A stretch of 64,000 nucleotides of DNA from Candidatus Latescibacterota bacterium (GCA_965208105.1 OZ242318.1:896001-960000), one strand, 5' to 3'; shown: positions 9,558-19,827, numbered from the stretch's first letter. Numbers and translations are program-made. The notes: generated by a model not told the origin, from the letters alone.

Positions 9558-9986
9558 TCAGACCCGCCCCGCGGCTTCCCCCACCAGCACCCTTTCCCCC
9601 TTCTGGTTCTCGCACCAGACCTCGAAGCTGAACTCGACTTCCGACCCCTCCGCTCTCCTGTGGCTCACCTTAGCCCTGCTGCGCAGGGTATCGCCCGCGG
9701 CCACCGGGGCGATGAACTTCAGGCCGGTGGTCCTGCCTGCGCTCAGCCAGTTTTCTCCGAACAGGTCGATCATCAGCTCGGCCAGGTGCCCCAGGTACTG
9801 GGTCGCCGAAACATAGACGGTATCCAACCCGGCGTCTCTGGCCGCATCCAGGTCGGTGTGAATGTTCTTCCGCGGCCACCCTGGAGTGTTCAGGGGACCG
9901 CCTGAGAACGCCGCGATCCTCTCCCACGACATCTTCTTGGGCCCGCCTGAGAATTCCGTCCCCACCTCCGTATCTTTGGCGATCAT
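9558..9986 (-). CDS. MaoC-family (hot-dog) dehydratase
   Basis: NIHTDLDAARDAGL, LKFIAPVAAGDTL, CENQKGERVLVGEA. Confidence 0.8.
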   Translation of the reverse strand: MIAKDTEVGTEFSGGPKKMSWERIAAFSGGPLNTPGWPRKNIHTDLDAARDAGLDTVYVSATQYLGHLAELMIDLFGENWLSAGRTTGLKFIAPVAAGDTLRSRAKVSHRRAEGSEVEFSFEVWCENQKGERVLVGEAAGRV

Positions 9987-10447
9987 CCTTCCCTGCTTTC
10001 ACCCGGTTCCCCCGCGGCCAGGTCCGGCGCAGCGAAGGTGTTGGTCATCTTGCGGCGCAGAATCTCCCCGCCGTCCTCGTCGACGATGCGGACGTCGAGC
10101 ACGTGCCAGGGCCGGCCGCGTTTCTCGTAGGCCTCCACCACCCGCCAGGTCACCCGCAGTCTCCCGCCCAGCCGGGCGGGACGGAGGTAGAAGGTCTCTT
10201 CCGCCGCGTGGATCTCCGCCCATCCTCCGGGAAGGAAGAAGGAAGGGCTGCGCGTATTGTTGCTCATGTTCAGCAACAGCCCCGGGTGGACCAGGGCGGG
10301 AGCGGACTCGTCTCCCTCGATGTACCTGGGGTGGAAATCCTCCTCGGCGTAGAGGTACTGCTGGTTCAACTCCGGAGTCACCACGAACTCGAATGCCTCG
10401 AATTCTTCGCCCACCTGCAGCTGATGCGCGCTCTTCGGATCAGCCAT
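9983..10447 (-). CDS. MaoC N-terminal-type hot-dog dehydratase subunit
   Basis: EDFHPRY, IHAAEETFYLRPARLG, YEKRGR, DEDGGEI; overlaps the next gene. Confidence 0.75.
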   Translation of the reverse strand: MADPKSAHQLQVGEEFEAFEFVVTPELNQQYLYAEEDFHPRYIEGDESAPALVHPGLLLNMSNNTRSPSFFLPGGWAEIHAAEETFYLRPARLGGRLRVTWRVVEAYEKRGRPWHVLDVRIVDEDGGEILRRKMTNTFAAPDLAAGEPGESREG

Positions 10448-10468
10448 TCTCCATCCTCCTTTCACAAT

Positions 10469-11332
10469 TCAACGGTCGAGACAGCCCGCCATCTCGTCCA
10501 TGGTTTCCACGATCTCGACCCCCGCCCCGCGCAGCGCTTCGATTTTGTCCGCGGCCGCGCCCGAGCCTTCGCGGATGATCGCGCCCGCATGTCCCATCCT
10601 GCAGCCGGAAGGGGCCGTCCTGCCCGCGATGAAGGCAATGACCGGCTTGGGATAGCCCTGCTCCTTGAGGTAGCGGGCGGCCCTCTCCTCGCTGTTTCCG
10701 CCGATTTCCCCCACCATGAGCACCGCCTCGGTTTCGAGGTCGTCGCGGAACAGCTTCAGCACGTCGACGAAGTCCAGCCCGCCCACCGGGTCGCCGCCGA
10801 TGCCGATGCAGGTCGACTCTCCAATGCCGCTCGCGGCCAGGGTGACCGCCACCTCGTGGGCAAGGGTGCCGGAACGGGAGATGACACCGGTGCTTCCCTC
10901 CCGGTAGAGTATTCCCGGCATGATTCCCACTTTGCTCCTTCCCGGGCTGATCACCCCGATGGTATTGGGGCCCACCAGGGCTACCCCGCGCTCGCGGGCA
11001 CTGGCGCGAATGCGGACGGCGTCGAGGACGGGGACGTGCTCGGTGACGATCACCACCAGGGGGATGCCGGCATGGACCGCCTCGAGGCCTGCCTCGAGGG
11101 TCCCCGCCGGCGGCACCAGCAGCAGGGACGCGTTGGGCTGCTGTTCCTCGCAGGCAAGGGCGACGGTGTCGTAGACCGGAACCCCGGACACCCTGTCTCC
11201 CCCTTTCCCGGGAGTGACCCCCGCGACCACCCGGGCCCCGTACTCGCGCATCAAGCGCGCGTGCAGCGACCCGTGACGCCCGGTTATTCCCTGCACCAGG
11301 ATTCGCGTGTCGCGGTCCACGAGGATGGCCAT
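10469..11332 (-). CDS. sucD: Succinate-CoA ligase alpha subunit (SucD-like)
   Basis: VQGITG, AGVTPGKGG, GPNTIG, SRSGTL, GIGGDP, RMGHAGA (phospho-His). Confidence 0.9.
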   Translation of the reverse strand: MAILVDRDTRILVQGITGRHGSLHARLMREYGARVVAGVTPGKGGDRVSGVPVYDTVALACEEQQPNASLLLVPPAGTLEAGLEAVHAGIPLVVIVTEHVPVLDAVRIRASARERGVALVGPNTIGVISPGRSKVGIMPGILYREGSTGVISRSGTLAHEVAVTLAASGIGESTCIGIGGDPVGGLDFVDVLKLFRDDLETEAVLMVGEIGGNSEERAARYLKEQGYPKPVIAFIAGRTAPSGCRMGHAGAIIREGSGAAADKIEALRGAGVEIVETMDEMAGCLDR

Positions 11333-11344
11333 GGGCCCTGCCTT

Positions 11345-12487
11345 CTACTGCCGCCTGGAGATGAGCCGGAGCAGAAGTCTGACCGCGTCGTCGGTCGTGC
11401 CCCGGCGCACGAAGGGGATTTTTCGGTGGGCCAGCATGGACCAGCCCTCCTCCTCGAAATGGCCCCGCATCTTGACCACGATGGGGACGGAGGGCTCCTC
11501 CTCTTCGAAGACGCGGCACACCCCCTCGGCCATCATCTCGCAGTTGTTGATGCCGCCGTAGACATTGACGATGCCGCCACGGACGGGCTGCGCCAAAACC
11601 AGGCGGATGGCCTGCGCCATCTTCTGCGCCGAAACTCCCCCGCCCACGTCCAGGAAGTTTGCCGGGCGCCCGCCGTACTTCTCGATGATGTCCATGGTGG
11701 CCATGCACAGCCCCGCACCGCCGCCGATGATGCCGATGTCTCCGACCAGGGGAACGAAGGCGAGCCCGTCGGCCTCCGCCCGGGACTGCAGATCGGACCC
11801 CGTCTCCCGCTCCAGCTCTCCGACGATCGCGGGATGGCGGAAGAGGGCCCCGTCGCAGAGCTCGACCTTGGCGTCGCCGGCGACGGCCCTGGAATCGGGC
11901 AGCAGGAACAGGGGATTGATCTCGGCCAGCAGCAGATCGGTTTCCTGCGCCCCGCGCACCAGCTTTTCGAGGACCTCCGCCACCCTCAGGAGATGCGCCC
12001 CGCTGAGCCCCGCCTCGCTCGCCATCTGGCGGGCGGTGAAGGAGAAGAAGGGTTGCAGCGGATCGATGGGACGGCTTGCTGTGCGGTGGTCCGCTTTCTC
12101 CTGCTCCTGCTCGACCTCCACGCCGCCGCGGGAGGAGACAATGGCGCGCAGCTGGCCCAGGGATGGGTCCAGGACGACGCCGAGGTACAGCTCTCGCCGG
12201 GGATAAACCCGCTCCTCGACCAGGACAGCGGATGGGGTCCCCATGCCCGGGTAGCCGTCCAGCAAGCGGCGCGCGCTGGCCTCGGCTTCCGCCGGGGTGT
12301 CCACCAGGGCGATCCCCCCTGCCTTGCCGCGCCCGCCGGCCCGCACCTGGACCTTGACGGCCACCGGACAGCCGAGTTTCTGCGCCACCGCGCGCGCCGC
12401 CTCCGGGGTCCGGGCGATCTCTCCCCGCGGCACCGCAACGTCGAATCGCCGCAGCAGCTCTTTTCCTTCGTATTCGTAGATTCTCAT
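11345..12487 (-). CDS. sucC: Succinate-CoA ligase beta subunit-like ATP-grasp protein (divergent)
   Basis: MRIYEYEGKELL, KVQVRAGGRGKAGGI, EINPL, DAK, PANFLDVGGG. Confidence 0.85.
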   Translation of the reverse strand: MRIYEYEGKELLRRFDVAVPRGEIARTPEAARAVAQKLGCPVAVKVQVRAGGRGKAGGIALVDTPAEAEASARRLLDGYPGMGTPSAVLVEERVYPRRELYLGVVLDPSLGQLRAIVSSRGGVEVEQEQEKADHRTASRPIDPLQPFFSFTARQMASEAGLSGAHLLRVAEVLEKLVRGAQETDLLLAEINPLFLLPDSRAVAGDAKVELCDGALFRHPAIVGELERETGSDLQSRAEADGLAFVPLVGDIGIIGGGAGLCMATMDIIEKYGGRPANFLDVGGGVSAQKMAQAIRLVLAQPVRGGIVNVYGGINNCEMMAEGVCRVFEEEEPSVPIVVKMRGHFEEEGWSMLAHRKIPFVRRGTTDDAVRLLLRLISRRQ

Positions 12488-12603
12488 GGCGGGATCGACG
12501 GGTTGCAGCGAGGCTGCCAGATCAGGGCAGGCGAAGGCAGGCAATCAGGTCCAGAGGACGAAAAGCATCGCCCCTGCGGACCCTGCCCGGAGCTGTGCGG
12601 CGA

Positions 12604-13773
12604 TCAATTCTTCTCAAAGCAGTAGAGGTGGTCGAAGGCGCGCAAATACATGCGGCTGCCGGCAAAAACGGGTGAGGAGCGGAATCCTTCCACCACGTTG
12701 CGGGAGACCTCCTCGTAGCCCTCGCCCGGCTCGAGGACCACCGTCGTCCCGTTCTCGGCCCCGATGAACAGCTTGCCGCCCGCAAGGGTCACCGATGCAT
12801 AGGCACTGTTCGATTTGGTGCCGAGGTCCAGATCCCTGCTGAATACCAGGGCGCCGGTCTCGACGTCGAGAATGGAGAACTTCTCCTCGCGCGAAACGGC
12901 GTAGATCAGGCCGCGGTGAATCAGCGGCGATGCATAGTGCCGCGATCCATCCACCCTGGCCACCCATGCGGTTTCGAAAGGTCCGCCGGCCTCGGCGGGA
13001 AGCTTGACAGCAACCGCCTTCTTCTCGATGAAGTAGACCATGCCCCCATGAACCACAGGGGTGGCGTACTCGAGATTCCCGATCTGCCGCGCCAGCGGCT
13101 CGCCGTCCCGGGCGCGGAACACGTCGCCCGATGAGGTGATGACCACGTCGTCGGTTCCGATCCGGGTCACCACCGGGGAGCCGAACTTTACCTGAGATTC
13201 CTGCCTCCACGCCTCCTCTCCGGTCGCCGGGTCCAGGGCAACGAGGTCGGCGATGTGGACGATCAGCCTTTCTCCCCCCAGCACCGGGGATGCGCTGTGC
13301 CCCCACTGGTGGGGCGGCCTGTCCACCAGCCGCGCCCACAGGCGGTTGCCGTCCAGGTCATGTGCGGCCGCGACACCGGACCCGAAGAGGGTGTAGACCG
13401 CGCGGCCGTCCGACACCGGGGTCGGAGAGGTATAGCCGTTGGCCTGGTGGGTCTGCACCTGTGGATCCGGAGCCACGTCTCCGAGCGACCGCTGCCAGAC
13501 GATATCCCCATGGCGGCGGTCGACCCCGAGAACCCGGTCAGGTTCGCTGCAGACCACCACCAGCGAGTCGCTCGCCAGCACCGGGGAGCCGTTCGACCAC
13601 GACGGCATCGCGGTCTTCCAGGCGACGTTCCTGCTCGGCGACCACTCGACGGGAGGGTCGGCCGCTCCGTAGTATCCCTTGCCGTCGCCGCGCCAGCCGC
13701 GGTGATCCCCCTGTGCCCAGAGCTGGTTTCCGACTGCGGTCAGAACGCTCAAATAAAGAATCAGCAAACGCAT
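12604..13773 (-). CDS. Secreted PQQ-like (BamB-type) beta-propeller protein
   Basis: Signal peptide, WRGDG...PVEWS..NVAWK, repeated SP/TP blades with DxxTG..W. Confidence 0.85.
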   Translation of the reverse strand: MRLLILYLSVLTAVGNQLWAQGDHRGWRGDGKGYYGAADPPVEWSPSRNVAWKTAMPSWSNGSPVLASDSLVVVCSEPDRVLGVDRRHGDIVWQRSLGDVAPDPQVQTHQANGYTSPTPVSDGRAVYTLFGSGVAAAHDLDGNRLWARLVDRPPHQWGHSASPVLGGERLIVHIADLVALDPATGEEAWRQESQVKFGSPVVTRIGTDDVVITSSGDVFRARDGEPLARQIGNLEYATPVVHGGMVYFIEKKAVAVKLPAEAGGPFETAWVARVDGSRHYASPLIHRGLIYAVSREEKFSILDVETGALVFSRDLDLGTKSNSAYASVTLAGGKLFIGAENGTTVVLEPGEGYEEVSRNVVEGFRSSPVFAGSRMYLRAFDHLYCFEKN

Positions 13774-13840
13774 AATCCGCCTCCATGCGCAAAGGTCAAA
13801 AATCCCCCGTCACCCCGCCCCGCAACAAACTACAACAGTT

Positions 13841-15775
13841 CTACCAGCCGTGCACGTAGTGCCCCACCGGGAACCAGATCAGGTCCACCGTCAGCGACAG
13901 CATCACCCCGGTGACATAGCCGATCCCCAGCCCGTAGAAGAAGGGTTTCCCCGCCGCGTAGGCGCGCGCCCCGCCGTAGCGCAGCAGCACCACCTTGACC
14001 AGGAAGACCAGCAGCAGGCTGAACCAGTAGAGGCGGCTGCCCAGGCTGTTCTGCACCGCCAGGCCAATGGGATGGAGAGGAAACCAGTGGAAGTGGCTGC
14101 GCATCAGGGCCAGGGCGCCGGCCTCGGCGAAACCCCAGAGCCAGACCCCCCACTTGCCCGCGTCTCCCAGTCTGGGGTTGTTGAGCAGAAACACCGCCCT
14201 GTCGAAGGCGTCGTGGCCGGCGCGGCCCAGGTAGAGGGACCCTCCCTCCTCGTAGGCCAGCTCGATGGTCGCCGCCGCGGCCGCCAGGAAAGCCACCGGG
14301 AAGGCGGCGACAACCGCGGCGATCACCCAGCGCGGCTGCCTCTCCAGGGAGAAAATCCGCAGGTGGTGGGTGATCGCGGTCCACGCCTGGATGCGGCCCG
14401 AACCGAAGAACGCGGCGCTGCTGAAGACCTTGTAGCCCACCAGGCTGCGCGGCGCCAGGCGAGCCGAGCCCAGCAGGTCTTCGATTATCAGCTCACCCTT
14501 CATGGGCCGCGGAAAGAGGGGAGCGAATCCGGTGGCGGCGATGAGCTTGACGGTAACGAAGTAGGCCAGGCCGATGGCGGCGAAGGCCCCCACGGCAAGG
14601 GGCAGACTCATGCCCAGTCCCATGCCCCAGCCGACCACGTAGACCGCCGATGCCGCCATGCCAGCCGCTGCCAGCCGGTAGCGCCATGCCATACGCCGGT
14701 CCCCGCTGCCGTCGCGCACCTGTCTCCACACCTGCAACAGGTGCCGGCGCGCAATCCAGATCGACCACAGCGCCACCAGGGTGAGCGCCCCGTTGGCCTC
14801 CATGGACACGATCTCCCATGCCTTCAACTCCTGGCCCGCCTCCCCTATCGACACCCCCACGCGCCTCATCATCCCGTATTTGAACATGTGAATCAGGTAG
14901 AACACGATGAGACTGCCCAGGATATCCACCGGACACAGGTAGGTCACCGCCATCACCAGCGGCATCACCCGGATGGTGACGCTGTGGTACTTTCCCAGCT
15001 CCAGGTTGTACCGTTCCCAGTAGATGGAGGTGGTGGTCAAGCCCGGAGTGAAGTAGGTGACGACGTTGTAGAGGAAGACCAGGAAGACCACCGCGAAGCC
15101 AATCCAGAACAGGTGGGAGCGGAAGAGCTGAGGCATTCGTCCGGGGCCGTCGAAACCCCGCGTGAGGTCCCGGGGCATCTGCGCAAGGGGAAAGACCAGT
15201 TTTTCCCCTTCTTCCCAATGGCGCTGAAAGATTACGATCAGGCAAAAACCGAAGACCAGCATGGCCATGGATACACCCAGCCACTGCCCTATGGCCCCTA
15301 TCCACCCGTCCCAGGGGATCTCCATTCCCTCCGAGAGTCCCAGCCAGAAAAACTCGGTCACCCTGGAGGAGGTATCGGTGAAAACGTGCCAGGGAAGGTA
15401 GTGGAATAGGTCCTCGGCCCACTGGTTCTCGGGGGTTGCGTGGTAGCCCGGCCCCGCAACGATGGCGGCCCAGTAGGTCATCCAGCCCCACTGCGGCATC
15501 GTTCCCGCCACCCAGAGCATGGAGAAGAGAACCAGCATCTCCCCCTGTCGCAGCGCGGCGGCCGGCCACAGCCGCTTGAGGACCACGTTCACGAAGATCC
15601 ACAGCACGAAGGGCATGAGCGCCACAATGGGATACTGGGACTTGACGAAGCTACCGGCCTTCAGCCCCTGGCCCACCTGGATGATGAAGTAGAGCACCCC
15701 GACGCAGCTCAGGAGCCCGAGCACGAAGGCGCGCCAGGTGATTATCGGCTGCGGACGATTCATCGAGTCAATCAA
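13841..15775 (-). CDS. Polytopic membrane protein, DUF6785/DUF6784 (OPT-like peptide transporter) family
   Basis: ITWRAFVLG, EKLVFPLAQMP, LFWIGF, WFPLHPIG, RYGG...KPFFYGL; many TM helices. Confidence 0.75.
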   Translation of the reverse strand: MIDSMNRPQPIITWRAFVLGLLSCVGVLYFIIQVGQGLKAGSFVKSQYPIVALMPFVLWIFVNVVLKRLWPAAALRQGEMLVLFSMLWVAGTMPQWGWMTYWAAIVAGPGYHATPENQWAEDLFHYLPWHVFTDTSSRVTEFFWLGLSEGMEIPWDGWIGAIGQWLGVSMAMLVFGFCLIVIFQRHWEEGEKLVFPLAQMPRDLTRGFDGPGRMPQLFRSHLFWIGFAVVFLVFLYNVVTYFTPGLTTTSIYWERYNLELGKYHSVTIRVMPLVMAVTYLCPVDILGSLIVFYLIHMFKYGMMRRVGVSIGEAGQELKAWEIVSMEANGALTLVALWSIWIARRHLLQVWRQVRDGSGDRRMAWRYRLAAAGMAASAVYVVGWGMGLGMSLPLAVGAFAAIGLAYFVTVKLIAATGFAPLFPRPMKGELIIEDLLGSARLAPRSLVGYKVFSSAAFFGSGRIQAWTAITHHLRIFSLERQPRWVIAAVVAAFPVAFLAAAAATIELAYEEGGSLYLGRAGHDAFDRAVFLLNNPRLGDAGKWGVWLWGFAEAGALALMRSHFHWFPLHPIGLAVQNSLGSRLYWFSLLLVFLVKVVLLRYGGARAYAAGKPFFYGLGIGYVTGVMLSLTVDLIWFPVGHYVHGW

Positions 15776-16634
15776 CCGAGCTCAATCGCAGCATGTGCCT
15801 GGCGCGCTCCGGCAGTTGGTCCCAGACCTCCCGGCGAATCCCCATGGCGCGCGCACTGGCGAGGAATCCCCTCCGGTAGACCAGCGTCAGCATGGTGCGC
15901 ACCTTTCCGGTCCGGTTGGGCATGCCCCGGTGCCACATGCGCGGGTCCCGCAGCACCACGCCGCCGAGGGGGGAAAGCATGCGCCGCGATGGCCGGTCCG
16001 ATGCCACCGCATCGAAGTTGCGGTCCGGGCCGGGGTAGGGCCCCGGAAAAAGGTGCGTACCCGGCCAGATCTCGGTGGCCCCGCTCCTCGCGGTAAAGGC
16101 AACCAGGGGAACGCTGAGCACCATCGCCGCCGCCGGCAGGGGATGGGGAAGATTGTCGAAGAGGGGATCCAGGTCCCGGTGGACGTGCTGGACTCTCGAA
16201 CCGGGCCAGGAGTTGTTGGTGTTGTAGAAGTCCCAGATGAAATCCGGGCCCAGAACCTGCTCGATGATCTGGAGGACCAAGGGGTTGGCCACGATCTGCG
16301 GATCCATGAAGGGCATCTCCCGCGGCGGCCGCACCCCGATGATCCCATGCCCTTTGCCGAAGGCATGGGGTCTTTCCAAGGGGCCGGGCCGCTCCTTGAA
16401 AAATTGCCGGTGCACGGGAATCATGGCCTGGCGGATCTCCTTCAAGAGCGGTTTCGGCACCAACCCCTGCAGCACCAGGTATCCCTCCGCGCCGAGCACC
16501 GCCACCGCCTGGTCGAGGTTCTTCTTCGTCAATTTGCCCCGCTTCAGTTCCTGCGGCGTCGGAGTCATGGCTTGCCCGCCCTCCTGCAGACGGTCGAAAG
16601 ATGCATTGAGTAGATCAGGTGTCTCTCCCTGCAT
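15768..16634 (-). CDS. Phytanoyl-CoA dioxygenase (PhyH) family Fe/2OG dioxygenase
   Basis: QHVHRD, GATEIWPGTH, WHRGMPN, R. Confidence 0.85.
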   Translation of the reverse strand: MQGETPDLLNASFDRLQEGGQAMTPTPQELKRGKLTKKNLDQAVAVLGAEGYLVLQGLVPKPLLKEIRQAMIPVHRQFFKERPGPLERPHAFGKGHGIIGVRPPREMPFMDPQIVANPLVLQIIEQVLGPDFIWDFYNTNNSWPGSRVQHVHRDLDPLFDNLPHPLPAAAMVLSVPLVAFTARSGATEIWPGTHLFPGPYPGPDRNFDAVASDRPSRRMLSPLGGVVLRDPRMWHRGMPNRTGKVRTMLTLVYRRGFLASARAMGIRREVWDQLPERARHMLRLSSVD

Positions 16635-16676
16635 TTATAAATACGGATTAATCCGCGTGCAGTCCATTGACTCCCC

Positions 16677-16705
16677 TTGACAGTGGCCCACCCGGGCCTT
16701 ATGCT
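16677..16705 (+). promoter_or_regulatory. Sigma70-type promoter
   Basis: TTGACA-17 nt-TATGCT upstream of the aminotransferase. Confidence 0.6.
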
Positions 16706-16842
16706 TGGCGCCGTATTTGCCCGGTTTCGGCGCTGGTCTCCAGCTTTTCCCCTCTGGATTTGATCTGTCTTGCACCTTCTGGCGCGGCCGGGTAAATCGT
16801 TTGCAGTCCGATCCGGTTGATAACCAAAATCCAGGAAACATC

Positions 16843-18174
16843 ATGACTACCCTCGAAGAAAGATATCGCCAGCGCAACCCGCGTTCACTGGAGCTCTACG
16901 AGCGCCATCGCTCCACAACTCCCGGAGGTGTCGCGAAGGGAGCGTACTACTACAATCCCTTCCCTCTCACCATGGAACGGGGCGAAGGCTGCTACCTGTG
17001 GGATGTGGATGGGCACCGCTACGTGGACTTCGCCAACCACCACACCGGGCAGGTTTTGGGCAACAACCACCCGGCGGTGGTCGAAGCGGTCAAGCAGCAG
17101 ATGGAACGGGGAATCGCGGTGGGGGCCCCCATGGGGGTCGAGAAGGAACTGTGCGCGGAGATGTGCAGGAGGGTGAAGACCATAGAGCGGGTCCGCTTTT
17201 GCAACTCCGGCACCGAAGCTACCTTGCACGCTGTGCGCCTGGCACGCGGGTTCAGCGGCCGCCCCAAGATCGCCAAATTCGAGGGGTGCTATCACGGCAG
17301 CCACGATGCCGTGGAAATCAGCGTTGCCCCTCCCCTGGACCAGGCTGGTCCCGCGGAGGAGCCCGTGGCCGTGGTTCAGACGGGTGGGATATCTCCGCAC
17401 GCGGTGGAGGAGATTGTCATCCTTCCCCTCAACGACATCGACAACACCGAAAGGCTCGTTGCCAGGCACCGGGACGAGCTTGCCTGCGTCCTCCTCGAGC
17501 CCAAGGCCGGCATCCTGGACATCCCCGGGGAATTCATCCAGGCCGTGCGCGAAATCACCCGCAAGAACGATGTGCTCCTGATCTTCGACGAAATCGTCGC
17601 CTTCCGGGTGGGAATGGGGGGAGCCCAGGAGTACTACGGCATCGACCCCGACCTGACCGCCTTCGGCAAAATCGTAGGCGGAGGGTTTTCGGTGGGGGCC
17701 TTCGGTGGACGCGCGGATCTGATGGACTTGTTCGACCCCACCGCGGGCAAGGGCATGGGCCAGAGCGGCACCTTCAGCGCCCATCCCCTGACCATGGCTG
17801 CGGGACTGGCCATGCTCAGGGAACTTACCCCCGAGGCCTACGATCATCTCAATGGATTGGGTGACCGGCTGAGCGGCGGGCTGAACGAGATGTTCAAGCG
17901 CAACGGCATTGACGCCGTAGCGCACAATAACGGATCGGTATTCAGCGTCTATTTTACCAGTAATGGCAAGCCCAGGAGCTTTCGGGACTTGGCCGGGGTC
18001 GACAAGTCAATGGCTCTTCCGGTCTTCCACGCCCTCCTGGAGCAGGGATATTTCCTGGGATTCGGACTGGGGATGTGCGCCGTTTCTCTGCCGACCGAGG
18101 CCAGACATGTCGACGGCCTCGTAAATGCCTTTGAAACCGCCGTCGAAGTGGTCAGATCTGAGCAGGGCAACTGA
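16843..18174 (+). CDS. Class III PLP aminotransferase (GSA-aminomutase-like)
   Basis: WDVDG..YVD, NSGTEAT, YHGSHD, LIFDEI, FGKIVGGG, SGTFSA. Confidence 0.85.
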   Translation: MTTLEERYRQRNPRSLELYERHRSTTPGGVAKGAYYYNPFPLTMERGEGCYLWDVDGHRYVDFANHHTGQVLGNNHPAVVEAVKQQMERGIAVGAPMGVEKELCAEMCRRVKTIERVRFCNSGTEATLHAVRLARGFSGRPKIAKFEGCYHGSHDAVEISVAPPLDQAGPAEEPVAVVQTGGISPHAVEEIVILPLNDIDNTERLVARHRDELACVLLEPKAGILDIPGEFIQAVREITRKNDVLLIFDEIVAFRVGMGGAQEYYGIDPDLTAFGKIVGGGFSVGAFGGRADLMDLFDPTAGKGMGQSGTFSAHPLTMAAGLAMLRELTPEAYDHLNGLGDRLSGGLNEMFKRNGIDAVAHNNGSVFSVYFTSNGKPRSFRDLAGVDKSMALPVFHALLEQGYFLGFGLGMCAVSLPTEARHVDGLVNAFETAVEVVRSEQGN

Positions 18175-18228
18175 TTCGGCCTGAAAACCCAGGGCCCGAC
18201 CTCCCTGGGCGGAGAATCGGGCTCGAGC

Positions 18229-18261
18229 GCGGAGCTGTACCGGGGATGGGCACAGCTCCGC
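18229..18261. terminator. Hairpin between convergent aminotransferase and recA
   Basis: GCGGAGCTGT...ACAGCTCCGC stem. Confidence 0.45.
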
Positions 18262-18287
18262 CGTGGGGAAAAAAGAACAACTCTTCT

Positions 18288-19388
18288 CTACCTCTCGACC
18301 AGATCGGCTCCTTCCTCTTTGGCAGCGGCAGCGGCAACGCCATTGCCATCGATCGCCATATTGAACATCTCGCGCAATTCGCCTTCGATCCTGCCCGCCA
18401 ATTCAGTGTTTGCGCGCAAAAATCCCCTTGCGTTCTCACGTCCCTGACCCAAACGTTCGCCGCCGTAGGAGAACCAGGTCCCGCTCTTCTTTATGATCTG
18501 GTTCCCGACGCCGAGATCCAACAGATCGCCCTCCCTGGAGATACCCACATCGTCTCCGTGGAACATTATGTCGAACTCGGCCTGCTTGAAGGGTGGCGCC
18601 ACCTTGTTCTTGACCACCTTGATGCGGGTGCGGCGGCCGATGATCTCGTCGCCGTCCTTGATGGCGCCGATACTGCGGATATCCAGGCGGACTGAAGAGT
18701 AGAAGCACAGGGCCCGCCCGCCCGTGGTGGTCTCGGGGTTGCCGAACATCACACCGATTTTCATGCGCAGCTGGTTTATGAAGAGCACGGTGGTTCCCGA
18801 TTTCTGCGCCGAGCCGGTGAGCTTGCGCAGGGCCTGGGACATGAGGCGGGCTTGAAGACCCATGTGCGAGTCCCCCATGTCTCCCTCGAGTTCCGCCCGG
18901 GGGACGAGGGCGGCTACCGAATCCACCACGATGACGTCAATCGCACCGCTGCGCACCAGGGTGTCTGCGATCTCGAGCGCCTCCTCTCCCGAGTTGGGCT
19001 GGGCTACGAGAAGATTGTCTACATCCACTCCCAGTTTTTGCGCGAATCCCACGTCCAGGGCATGCTCGGCGTCGATGAAGGCGGCAACCCCTCCCCGCTT
19101 TTGGGCCTCGGCCACTATGTGCAAGGCGCACATGGTCTTGCCGGCGGCCTCCGGACCGAACAGCTCGATGATCCGGCCGCGGGGAATGCCGCCGATTCCC
19201 AGGGCCGTATCCAGGGACAATGAGCCGGTGGGAATGACCTCGATATCGACCGCCGGGGATTCGCCCAGGCGCATGATCGCACCTTTGCCGAACTGACGTT
19301 CGATCTGGCTCAAGGCCATCTTCATGGCATCGTCTTTATTGCCTTTTCTGGATTTGTCGGGGGTCTCGCGAATTCCACTGCTTACCAT
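18288..19388 (-). CDS. recA: Recombinase RecA
   Basis: [48 protein letters not shown]. Confidence 0.98.
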   Translation of the reverse strand: MVSSGIRETPDKSRKGNKDDAMKMALSQIERQFGKGAIMRLGESPAVDIEVIPTGSLSLDTALGIGGIPRGRIIELFGPEAAGKTMCALHIVAEAQKRGGVAAFIDAEHALDVGFAQKLGVDVDNLLVAQPNSGEEALEIADTLVRSGAIDVIVVDSVAALVPRAELEGDMGDSHMGLQARLMSQALRKLTGSAQKSGTTVLFINQLRMKIGVMFGNPETTTGGRALCFYSSVRLDIRSIGAIKDGDEIIGRRTRIKVVKNKVAPPFKQAEFDIMFHGDDVGISREGDLLDLGVGNQIIKKSGTWFSYGGERLGQGRENARGFLRANTELAGRIEGELREMFNMAIDGNGVAAAAAKEEGADLVER

Positions 19389-19407
19389 GATTTCCTCCTG
19401 TGCTATG

Positions 19408-19461
19408 ACTGAACAAACATGAACTAAACAAAAAAATAGTGCCTTTTTGAGTATATGTCAA
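19408..19461 (-). promoter_or_regulatory. recA promoter with downstream GTTC-N6-GTTC candidate operator
   Basis: Minus strand TTGACA-17 nt-TATTTT, then TTAGTTCATGTTTGTTCAGT before RBS AGGAGG. Confidence 0.55.
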
Positions 19462-19827
19462 GCGATTTTTCGACTCCGCCGGTTCCATGGCGTCACACTG
19501 CCTTGCAAGGACCCATCAAATCTGGTGCCAGGGCTCCAAACCCGAGGCCCATCGCCTGGGTCTATTCCATTATTTACAGATAGTTAGTAAAATTATACCA
19601 CACTGCGCCGAGACCACCTTTAGGAATCCTCGAAAGCTCAGATGTGGCTCAGAGGTTACACGAGTGCTCAGCGTGGGGGCGATGGGAAGGTCTGAACGAC
19701 GCAGTGAATACCTGCAACAGGCGGTCGGGGAGGCTCGGCCGCCGCGCCCGGAGGAACCGGTCCATGGCGGCGGATGGGAAGGAGAAATGCGGAATGGGAT
19801 GAGCGCCGCGGCATGCCCGGGGGCGGA

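Noticed and set aside
10103-12625. 840-aa plus-strand ORF (likewise 60781..63306, 41211..43286, 19774..21357, 13850..15409)
   Set aside because: Antisense or alternate-frame shadows of well-supported genes, expected at high GC; no motifs.
16843-18174. Calling the aminotransferase hemL
   Set aside because: GSA-aminomutase-like but lacks the typical PGGVNSPVR N-terminal motif and any heme-gene context.
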